Assembly (NCBI GenBank): GCA_965113315.1
Contig: OZ220366.1
Length of the DNA: 64,000 nucleotides
Reading direction: 5' to 3' (one strand)
From: Podarcis vaucheri
Lineage: Eukaryota
Position 1 is the first letter of the stretch; every line of letters starts with the position of its first letter. Below the pieces are notes generated by a model. It saw only the letters and a list, made by a program, of their open reading frames with translations, was not told where the DNA came from and did no database searches. A program made the position numbers and the translations under genes. Below, piece after piece: positions 26,618-60,655 of the stretch.

Positions 26618-29600
26618 TTTAAAAGAGCAACCCATAAATGAAATGAAATAATATTTATGCACACCTGGTATAACATGAGGCAATTTCAACAGTTAATATA
26701 TATTAACCAAGAGACGTAAAATGTATCTACATAAAAATGTACACCTCTTTGTTAATAAGCATGTACCAAATTCTTCTGTGTGGACCTCTTGCGAGTACAT
26801 GCAAGTTTTACCTGCACATGTAAACTAGCAAATAGACATTTCAGTGAGTCCTTTTCTCTTGTGTTTGGAATTCAGAAATGCAAAACTATGTTCTGAGAAA
26901 GAGCTGCTCTGAAACAGGTAAAGATGCCTCCCAAAGTTACAGAGAAAAACAATCTTGCGGCCCGTGCACACCCTTAATACTCAAATAAATAGTGTTATGG
27001 TGCTTGTAGTAATTTAATTGTGAGCTAGAAAACTGAGATTTTTCAAGCGACCCACATCATCGCCACTGCCTTGACTATTATATCATACCTCACTCTTGCA
27101 AGCTATACTTTGAAACAATGTGCTTATCAGATCGACCTGAGCATCAGATTTTCTCTTCCTATACTTAATGTCTGGGGCTGTTCCACAATATGATATTATT
27201 TAATTATCCGTATTTGGTTCAGAACAATCGGTTTGGCTTTTGGAAAACTTAACTTTGTGTGTGTGTGTTTTTCTACAATTTATGGCCCATGGCTAGCTTG
27301 GCTACCTAATAAAGGCTTGGACTTCAGTTTTAAAATGGTTGCATTGTGGTTTGCCCAGGCAGTCGCATTAAAATATGAAGATAGCTAGGTCACGTGTCCT
27401 CAACCCACGTTTGCAGGTCCATTTGTCTGCTGTGGAAAGGGATAATTTTCAGAGGAGTTAGGTATTCCCACCCCCCACCCCCATAATGGTGTGTCACACT
27501 TGGGAAAATTATTACTATCTTTGGGTGCCATTTTTGTACCACCCCACTCCCAAGCTGATGAAAAACTATGGACTGACCACTTTGGCCCGAGTCTTGTTTC
27601 ATACTTCTAGAGCATGGTTCTTGTGACTGCCATGCACTGATGTTTCTTAAATGCCACCTCCATGCTGTTACAAGCAATTTAATCTCCACGTCATGAACAC
27701 TGCAGTAAGGTAATTGTTAGGCATAGCCCACAGCATACCCACAAATGCAGTAGATGCTGTATAAATGCATTGTTCAACCATCCATAAACAACTTAAACCA
27801 AAGTACTCATTTATGTTGATGAAATTACAGGCCAAGGAGTCCACATTTACCAATTTGCAAAGCTGTCCTGTAGTGTCTCTACTTCCCCAAGTTTGTGGAG
27901 TTCTGAAAGACATTTTGGTATCTCACATTCTTCTAGTACAAGGCTATCCAACAATGGTGATCTTCTGGTGTCATAGACTACAACTCCCATCATCCCTTAG
28001 CACTGGCTGTGCTGGCTGGAGCTGATGGGAGTCATAATCCAGCAACATCTGAAAGGCACCGTTTTGCTACCTCTGTTCCAGTAGTAAACAATATCAGCCA
28101 AAGAAGCCATAATAAAACGAGAATTGAATATCACAAAACATTTTTCTACCTTTCTTTGAAGAGATAAAACTTTCCCTATGACTCTTGTGCCCAAGAAGAT
28201 GCAGAGATTATCTTTGCTGTAACAAACATCCCAGGTGTCAGAACCTTCAAGTCTGCGAAAAGAACTTCCAACTGGAGGAAGAAGAAATTAGCTAGAACTG
28301 GTACAGAAGTGCATTCATTATACAGAAAACATGGTTTACAAAGTATTTTACACTGCAAAAAATTACTGTGGCATAAACCCAAAAATGATGCAATATTTGC
28401 ATAGAGAAGTAATAAATATTAACAAATTTGCTGTGCATTAGGAAGGATAAAAAAAATCCTATTGATAAAAATACTGAAGCTCATTTCCAATTATCTTTCA
28501 TGACCGAGTGATGTGCCTATGGTTCAACTATTACATGTCATGAGCCTGAAAAAAACTCTGATAAAATCTCCAGGACATAGTCAATTGCAGATTTTACCAC
28601 TGTGGAAACAGTGGCCCAGTTTGCATGGTTTAGCATTACATAAATAAACTCATGCACTCTCCTCTCTTCCTCCTGCATAGCCAAGATGAGGGCTTGGGCA
28701 GTGTTTAGTTCTGCTTACATTAAAGTCCTTGCTTGCAGTTGCATATGAATCAGAGGTCATGGTTTGTTTTTTTCAAAAGCAACTTCTGGTTCATGTAAAA
28801 GCCAGGTTGCTTTAAAACTGACCAAAGTTACTTGTAAATCATGATCTTTGGTTCATGCAAACTGGGATTCTGTAAGAGAAGCATCACCCAAGTCATATTC
28901 TTGCTCATTCCAGCCTGCACATGCAGTGTTAAACCAAAGTTTAGCATTACATGCAAATGCAGTCAATGAGAAGAAATATTCACCATGTAAAAATGACAGT
29001 CAGAAGTCACATCATGGCAATTTCATCACCTCAAAAATGAATGTGAGAATTTAGGTTGGATAAAACTTAGTAAACGAAGCCTGTTTTACAATGCTGAAAG
29101 TCAACTGAAGCACAGCTTTAAATCTACTTTGTCTATCTACAAAAATAGGCAAAAGCAATACATTTCTTCATAAAATTATACATTTCCTGAAAATACTTTA
29201 GCATAATCCATTAACAAATAAGTGCTAAACTTAGGAGAGAAAAACACGTCTAGCACACAGTTGTTTTGAACACAACGTTTTTGCATTTGTCTTAATACTG
29301 TATTTATAAATATGCTTGCTATTTTTCTACATCACCCTATCGAGTTGGTGGCATTCCTCCATGCTTCCCATTCCTTGTCAAAACAAACCATTTCACACCT
29401 ATGCATGCACCAACCAAGCAGTTATAAGTACCTTGGTTGCTACTTATATGTAATTCTGTAGGATCAAACCTCTTGGTGACTTCCTCCCCACCCTCCCCTC
29501 CCACAAACTATATCACAGCACTCACATTTTGACTCAAGGCTGATCACGGAGTAGAGTTTCTCTCCCCCCTATCAGAGTTTATGTGCAAAGGGGACAGGGA

Positions 29601-29917
29601 AAACAACTAGGTAATGATGGCTCCTGAGGAAACTACCATGGAAGGGAAGAATTGGAAACTCACCATGGGAATAAACGTTCCCATGACAAGAGTAGCATTT
29701 AGCCCAAGCCCATCTGCAGGTGCATAGCATTCCCAAACTCTAACGTTGCATTCACTCCCCCCGTCAGCATTTTCCTTTGGTTCTGCCCTGGATATGATTC
29801 CATCTTATTTAAATCTCATTTTAACAAAACAAAACAAAACAAAAATGAAGTACTGTACAAAATCCACATCTATTAGTCCAGTAAAATTCCCTTGAAAGCC
29901 TGTCCTCTGGGATCAGC

Positions 29918-53308
<23,391 letters not shown>

Positions 53309-53368
53309 TTACTCCTCGGGTACCTCTCCTTGTCATTCCCACCAACCCAGGCAAACAGAGAACATTAC

Positions 53369-54124
53369 TGTCAGGGGTTCAGGAGCAGAGGCGAGGGCAA
53401 GGGAGGAAACAGAGAGCGAGGGGGAGGAGGCAGACGAAAGGATGAGTGATGACGACGACCCGAGATCTCCGAGCCTTTCCAGTGAATCAGAAGATTCACA
53501 AAAAGGAGCACCAGTGGCCAGGGCAAGGGGGGAGACTAGGGGGACACCCCAGGAAGAAAGAGCCAGAGGGGACTCAGAGGGGAGCAGTTGGAGATCGGGA
53601 CCAACGTCACCGCCAGAGAGTAGGAAAGAGGAAGAGCGCCAGGGAGCAAGCGCTGGCAGCTCGCAACAGGAGGGAGGGCACGAGTCAGGAGTGGCCACAC
53701 CTTCATCGGGGAGCGAAGTGACGGTTAGACGGAAAGTGGAAGGTTGGGCGCGTGCGCCAAGTTCAAATGCACAGGAAGGTGGCGCAGTAGGCAGCCCGGA
53801 AAGGGAGCCAGGTCCTAAAGCCCGGCGCAAGGAGACAGAAGGGTCCGGGGGGTCAGCGTCAGAAGAATCCCGGAAGGAAGAGACCCAGGGGGGCAGAGGG
53901 ACCCAGAGGAGAACTGTCAGGCGGAAAAGGTGGAGCAGGGCTAGGATATTAAGTTGGTGCGCAAGGGGCGGAGACTCAGACGGAGCTTCGCCGATCTAAG
54001 CATAAGACGTAGGGTTGCACGCAGCAGCTCGAGAATGGAGACTGTAACTCAATAAAGACTTTTATTTAACGACCGCTGGCTAGCGTGATCCTCTGTGAGC
54101 TCGGATCTGGAAGTAACCCTGACA
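53369..54124 (+). mobile_element. Solo LTR (Ty3/Gypsy-like), 756 bp
   Basis: TGTCAGGG...CCCTGACA termini; 5-bp TSD ATTAC at 53364-53368 and 54125-54129; AATAAA at 54051. Confidence 0.85.
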
Positions 54125-55119
54125 ATTACAGAATTGAAGAATAGGATTGATCAATACTAGAAAAATAACTTAAAATCTATTTCCTTTGTTACTCCTGGCA
54201 ATGGCCAAGTCAATGATCCCAGGTGAGTCACTGACACACAGTTGGTCTGATCCCAGTTTCTTGTCCAGAGCACAATTTGAAACTCCACCTTGAAGGATCG
54301 CTCTCCCACTGTACAATAGATTTCAGTTTGTTAAAGACCTAATGAAAGGTGGGTACTGAGCAGACATAACCAACATAAAATGAAGGATCCAAAGAATTCT
54401 GCAACTAGTTCCACATGCTCAGGAGAGATCTGGAATTGTGTTTCTCGCAGAGCAGTTTCCTGTGGCACACAACAAAACCTCTTTTGTAACTGAGGGGGGA
54501 AATATACATTTGTAGAATCACATACAAATGTGAAAAAGTGGGGTGGGGAATCTACTGAGCATGCCTAAAATAGCCCTCTGTATTCTGGCCTTTGCATTTG
54601 AGCAATATTTTCTTTAGAAGCATGTCTCTGCCCTTTGATAACCGATTATTCTGCAGTCCATAGTATCTTCAATCAGTTTCTCACTCCTACAAGTAACTTT
54701 GCACACAAGCATTTTACTCACATTAGCAGAAGATTTGTGCATGTGCTCCCCCTTCTCTTCTGCACTCTCTAAAATCACAAGTTGCAGATTTCCATTTCAT
54801 GGAAGGCAATCTCAACTGAATCTGTTGATTTGATCTTATACTACTTATCCAAGTAGAAAACCATGTGATCAATTGCTTGGCAAACTAGGCCATATATTGA
54901 TTATTGGAACTGACTCACTGACTAGCATGGGAAACATGTTTTGCTCAGTGGCAAAAATAAAAAAAAAGAGCCCACAAGGGTGAATTCCAACCATGTCAAT
55001 CTGTTCCAGAGGGTTGAAGGACCTACAAGGGCAAGAAAGGGGGTGAAAGGAGACTTTTAAAGTAGTTTATGTGCTTCATAGTATATTGGGCCAGTCTGTA
55101 ATGAGCATGTTCAAAAATA

Positions 55120-55500
55120 TGTTTTTATTATTATTCTTAAACAGCTCAGGACCTTAATACCTCAATGACTTCCTCTGCCCATATGAACCAACCCAGACCC
55201 TGCAATAATCATCTGAGGCCCTTCTTTGTGTTCCAGAAGTCCAGAGGGCAGCAAAATGAGGACATGCCTTTTCTGTGGTGGCTCCCCGATTGTGGAATGC
55301 TCTCCCCAGGGAGGTTCGCCTGATGCCTTCATTGCATATCTTTAGGCACCAGGCAAAAACATTTCTCTTCTCCCATGCCTTAACTAAACAATCTATGGCC
55401 TTTTAAACTGGGGGGGTATTGTTTTTGTTTGTTACTACATTATATTTTTGTGTTGTAAACCACCCTGCGATCCTCGGGCAGTAGAGAAATTTAATTTTTT
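55120..55500 (+). mobile_element. L2 LINE 3' fragment
   Basis: gccttttctgtggtggctccccgattgtggaatgctctcccc motif. Confidence 0.7.
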
Positions 55501-56409
55501 AAAAAAAAATTCTTAGGGATTGTTCAGATTTCACCTTTTTGTGAACAATGGCAATGGCCATACCTAGAAGTGATTGTAAGGACTGCTGTTGAGCTCTTGA
55601 TACCCTCATGCAACCCAGTTAAGTTTCTACAACATCTAAAAATCTATTTCTAAGTTCATTATTTGGTTGTTGTTTGGTTGACACTGAAATTGAGTACACC
55701 CCCAGGCTAAGTAGCACCTTCTGGGTGGCTAGACTGGACACTTCGCTTCATTTGAGCTTATTACTGCCACTGTTTTCAAAACTAAAGAACCTGTTCATCA
55801 GTCTTTACCCAATAAGAATAATTTGGCTGAAAGAATGGATGTATTTTAGGATTTGGTGCCCTGCAGATGCATTCAACTATACCTCACAGAAGACCCAGCC
55901 ACCATAGCTATGCAAGCTGGGGATGATGGGATGGGAGCTGTGGTCTAAAATATATGGAGGGCATCAGTTCTACAAAAGGCTGTGCTAGAGCTTCGAAGAA
56001 ATCCTGCATATCCAGTCTGGCTGAGCTAGTAGCAACCTGAAAAGTTGGTGAGGTTTCAAAGCTATCAGCTTATAAGCTTCCTGCAACATTGACGGCCTAG
56101 GAACTCAACACCATGCTCACACCCAACTTTCTCAAACTACAGCTACAGACACATTCCACACACCCTGGTCAGGAAACCCAAAGATTTCCATTAGCCCGAT
56201 AACCAATTGTGTTGTATAACAGGCTTAGAATGAGTTTGAAATTGTTCTTTACTACTAGCTGTCCAAGGACGCCATTTTGGATCAGCTGGAAAAGGGGAGC
56301 AAGATCCAGCAAATCCAGTAATTCAGAAGGAAATATCCAAAGGTAAAAATAATACATTCTAGAACATCTTTAAGCCCTAAGATGTCTACCCAGTTGTGAA
56401 AAAAGGCAG

Positions 56410-57060
56410 CGAATGAAAATAACAATATCATACAAATGGACAGTAAGACTACATTTGGAATACAGCAGACAGTTGTGGCCGCCTCACTTCAAAAAGGATA
56501 TTGTAGAGCTGGGCAAGTTTCAGAAAATAACAACCAAAGTGATCAAAGAGCTGGAGCAAATCCACTTTGAAGATAAGTTAAAACATTCAAGGCTTTTTAG
56601 TTTAGAAAAAAGTAGAGTGAAGGAGGACACAATAGAGGTTGATAAAACTATGTCTGCTGTAGAGAAAGTGGACAGGAATATCTTTTTTTCAGTCTCTCCT
56701 AATACTAGAACCTGGGGACATCCAAGGTGATAGTGAACGTTAGAAGGCTCCGGCCTGCCAACAGGATTTATTTGCACAACACATAGTTAAAACCATGGCG
56801 TTTTCTCCCACAAAATATAGGGATGGCCTCTAGCTTGGATGGTTTTAAAAGACGATTAGACAAATTCATGGAGGATATAGCTACTAATCACGATATCTAT
56901 GTTCTACCTCCACAGTTGAAGGGAGCATGCCAGTCAGTGTGGAAGATCTGCTGCTGCACTGAGAACCTGCTTGTGGAGTCCCCACACGTATCTGGTTAGC
57001 CTATCAGAACAGGGTTAGATAAGTCTTTGGTTTGATCGAGCCAGGCTCTTCTTATGTTGG
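56410..57060 (+). mobile_element. CR1 LINE 3' fragment (RT C-terminus and 3'UTR)
   Basis: VRLHLEY..QLWPPHFKKDI.ELGKFQ...LFSLEKSR is the CR1 ORF2 signature. Confidence 0.85.
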
Positions 57061-58042
57061 AAAAAAATGGCTTTCCAGGAAGATAGGAAATTGCTTCATA
57101 TCAGACCATCTCCATTTTGTACACACTGTCAGTAGCCTCCAGCATTTCCCTACATGCATATGCTGGGGATTGAACCGAAGCCTTCTGCATGCAAGGCATG
57201 TATTCTACCCTTTCTCATACTTCTCCTTTCTTCTAGCGCTTCTGAAGAAGCCAGACCTTAACAAATATATAGAGAACTGTTTTCTTCACAGACTTGGTTA
57301 TGTTTTACAGAACAATCCTATGTGGGGTCATGGCGGAGCAGAGCAGCAGATCCATTGCCACATCCTAGAGCGCTCATGTGGTTGTCCAAGGACACCCCTC
57401 TATTTGAGAACCCTCCATCCCATTTTAGTTCAGACCCCACACCTTTTACACATGAGGAGCCCAACCCATAAATACAAGTTAAAATCAAAAACACTAAAAG
57501 CACAGAAAAAGTGTGTGTGAAGGTCACCTCAGGAGGCCAAAGGCATGTCTAAAAAATGAAGGCTTGCAGAAACATGGAATGTGCTCTAATATTAATGATA
57601 GCAGAGGGGGCTTTCTTGATACTTCTATCATCCTCATAAGTGCAAGGAATGACACCCTGAGAGAGGGCTTCTCCTATGGAACGCCAGCCCCAGAGAGGTG
57701 CATCTAACACCATCATTCATCTTCTGTCATATGCTGAATATGCATCTGGTTATCCTGGCCTTTGACAGTTAAGAGGTAGTTTTATGGGATGCACATCATC
57801 TGGTTTGTTACTTTTAGCTATTCTGTACTGCTTCTGTTTGGAATTCTTTTACTTGATTTGAAAAATAATAATTGTATAAACAGTTGCCCCTGTTGTTTTT
57901 AATTGTGTGGTTTTATTGTTGCAACCCACACTTATTCTCACACCTTATGATGAAGGGCAGGAAGGCAATCTTAGAAATAAATAAGAAAAGATATTTGCTT
58001 GCCAACAGAGGTCTGATAAATGGCCCTCTCTCAGAACACTGA

Positions 58043-58108
58043 GAGAATGTCCTTTCTCATGTCCCCATTGAACATGAGAATGTCCTTTCTCATGTTCCAA
58101 CTGAACTT
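58043..58108. repeat. 33-bp tandem duplication
   Basis: gagaatgtcctttctcatgt... repeated at 58043 and 58076. Confidence 0.85.
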
Positions 58109-58574
58109 GCCTCAGATGTTGGCAGGAAAATTAGCATTGTTTCTGTTGTGCTTATTTATTTAAAACACTTCTGCACTTCTTAACATTATTGAATTTTGAA
58201 GAAGTGTACAAAGATAAAATCGAAGGCTAACAAAGCAGGATAGAATAGAATTCAATTTCTTCTCCACAGTGAACTGATCAAATATACAACCCATCATCAG
58301 TGATCAAGGAATGCAAGGTGCTTTATTTGCTATGAATGTGGGAAGACAACTAAGCTAGGTAATAATACATGGTTGAAACAATTCCAGGAGTAGGCTGGTA
58401 CAGAGCAGAAGGGCCTGTTGTGTATACACACTACCCAAGTGGCAGTGCTTTTTAACAGAGGATTTGGAAGGAATATGGAATGGATTTGGTTATAAGAAGG
58501 ATCTGTTTCTGCTGTCTAGGCCCAGGCCAGTGTAAGATCTCCGTTTCAGTGTTAAGGAACAAGCACTGGGTTCT

Positions 58575-58840
58575 CACTTTTATGCCAGGCCATTCAGTGT
58601 CCAGATGACAGCAATTTGGTTACTGGACAACGAAAATGGATTCTACGCACCCTAACTGTGGCCAAGAGACAGGTACTAATGAACTGGAAGAATAAAGATT
58701 TGGTTCTGTTTAATCAATGGATCAACAACATAACCACAGTTGCAACATATGAACGGATTACCGATAGACACAGACTTTGTTTGGATAAACATACTGACAT
58801 TAAGAATGAATTTTTATAGCATTTTGTGGGTTATTAATAA
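58575..58840 (+). mobile_element. L1/Tx1-clade ORF2 C-terminal fragment
   Basis: AKRQVLMNWKN...QWINNI...YERI pattern. Confidence 0.6.
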
Positions 58841-59588
58841 TCATATGTATCAGGACATCAGGACAAAAATAGTACTTATAATAATTATTAATATTAACAA
58901 ATGACAGCAATTACGGTATTCGTTAGTGACACAGTACAACATGTGAGGATATTAAATTCCCAAGAGAAGAATTAGCATGGAAACTCTTCAGTGATAAAAA
59001 GCATGCAAAGAACTGCTTGCATTTTAACCATGAGTCATCCTTTTTTGTTCAGGCAGAGACATATTTCACCATGTCCTGACAGAAACTGAAAACTGTTCCA
59101 GTGTTCCATTCTTATACTGCTCTTTTATATTTGACCCTGTCCAACAACTGCCATCACTCTAGTTAATCCATTTCCAAACATCCCCAAATACCTTACTAAT
59201 AAGTAACTCTCACATAAACGGAAAATGCAAGCCAATTAATGTACTCCTAGCTACAGAGGAATTGAAAAGAAAATATAAATTATATTTCTATATCTCCCTA
59301 TCCAGTGTGACAAGGAAGTCATTCAGCTGTAGCAGATAAGCACACCCACCCACTCCCAAAGCATTTCTGTGCATGGCTTAATACTAGGTGTTAATTCCCC
59401 ACAAACAAAAATAACTAGAATTCACAAACAGAATGAATTACGCTAGAAATTTGATGAGTAACACTTCCCTTAAAAACACGGGAAAATTTACATTGTAATG
59501 CAAATGCTGACATCAATATGCTGTAAAGGCTGCATCGCTGCGTTGGTAATACAATCGCTCCTCTCCCGCCACCCTAATTAAATTGTAC

Positions 59589-59700
59589 CTTGCTCATTAA
59601 AAATAATAAGAATGTTAAAACACTGACAACGGATTGCCTCCTTCAGCTTAAAAAACGCCCCATCTGACGACACAGCTCCTGAACTCTCCAGCCGGAAGAT
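59589..59700 (-). other. CLCN4: Predicted 5' leader exon 2 of CLCN4
   Basis: Acceptor ttttgcttgttccctag|ATC at 59700; candidate donor AAG|gtacaa at 59589. Mammalian CLCN4 has two leader exons. Confidence 0.4.
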
Positions 59701-59861
59701 CTAGGGAACAAGCAAAACAGCCTTTGCACCTGCCAGCACAGACCGTGCCACGCTTTTATTTACAAAAACAGGAAGCCTGCTCGACAGAGGTTGATTTCAA
59801 AAGAAAGCCAGAAGGGCAAAAGCCCAGTAAGTGGTGTTAATGGAGGGTGTTCTCCTCTTAC

Positions 59862-59955
59862 CTGCAATGCAACATCGTTTAGTTCAACCCCCAAATTCCA
59901 GACACCATCCTTTCTTTCCTGCTATGGCTGCAAAGGCAGTGATGTCATATGGAGG
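59862..59955 (-). other. CLCN4: Predicted non-coding exon 1 of CLCN4 (TSS approximate)
   Basis: Strong donor GCAG|gtaaga at 59862/59861 just downstream of CLEAR and CCAAT motifs. Confidence 0.5.
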
Positions 59956-59959
59956 AAGC

Positions 59960-60035
59960 CGTAGCAGTCACGTGACTGCGTGCTCTCTCTATTGGAGAGC
60001 TGATTGAGAGACAGGCAGCAGCCGGCGTCCAATCC
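59960..60035 (-). promoter_or_regulatory. Candidate CLCN4 core promoter: GCAGTCACGTGACTGC palindrome (CLEAR/E-box) plus CCAAT boxes
   Basis: GTCACGTGAC at 59967-59976; ATTGG at 59991-59995; CCAAT near 60029; local CpG enrichment. Confidence 0.6.
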
Positions 60036-60159
60036 TTCAGGATTAAAATCAGCCTGTTGAGAAATTTGCTTCCACCTTCGCAGCTGACACTGCAATTACT
60101 TGTGGAGTCTTTTTATTTTTTTATTTTGCAGCTATGCTATTAGATGACTATTTCATGCA

Positions 60160-60655
60160 CGGACTTGCTATGTTCTTATTTTGGGGGATATATATATATA
60201 TATGTATATGTGTGTGTGTATATATATATATATATATGGGGCAGAATGTCGTTGATTTATTTTTATTCTTTTTGAATGAATATTCTGTTTTCACTGGACA
60301 AACTATGACACAATCCCGAATAAATTCCACATTTCAATTAATGCAGTTTCTTTTAGTACTTGGGTATAATACTTTAGTACTTGAGTAATGTGTGTGTGTG
60401 TGTGTAATACACTAATGCAGTTTCTTTTAGTACTTGTGTATTATATATAATAATACACAAGTATTAAAAGAAAGTGCATTAGTTGAAATGTGGACTTTAT
60501 TCAGAATTGTGTCATAGATTGTCCAGTGAAAACAGAGAGAGAAACTGACCCAGCTTCAGTTTAGGATGAGAATATTCATTCAACAAGAATGAAAAATATA
60601 TAATTAACAACAATAATAAAAACCCCAGACGTTAATGAGAACAAGAGCAGGATTC
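60160..60655. repeat. Large imperfect inverted repeat (foldback/MITE-like) with TA/GT microsatellites
   Basis: ctgttttcactggacaaactatgacacaat...ccacatttcaa pairs with ttgaaatgtgg...attgtgtcatagattgtccagtgaaaacag. Confidence 0.8.
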
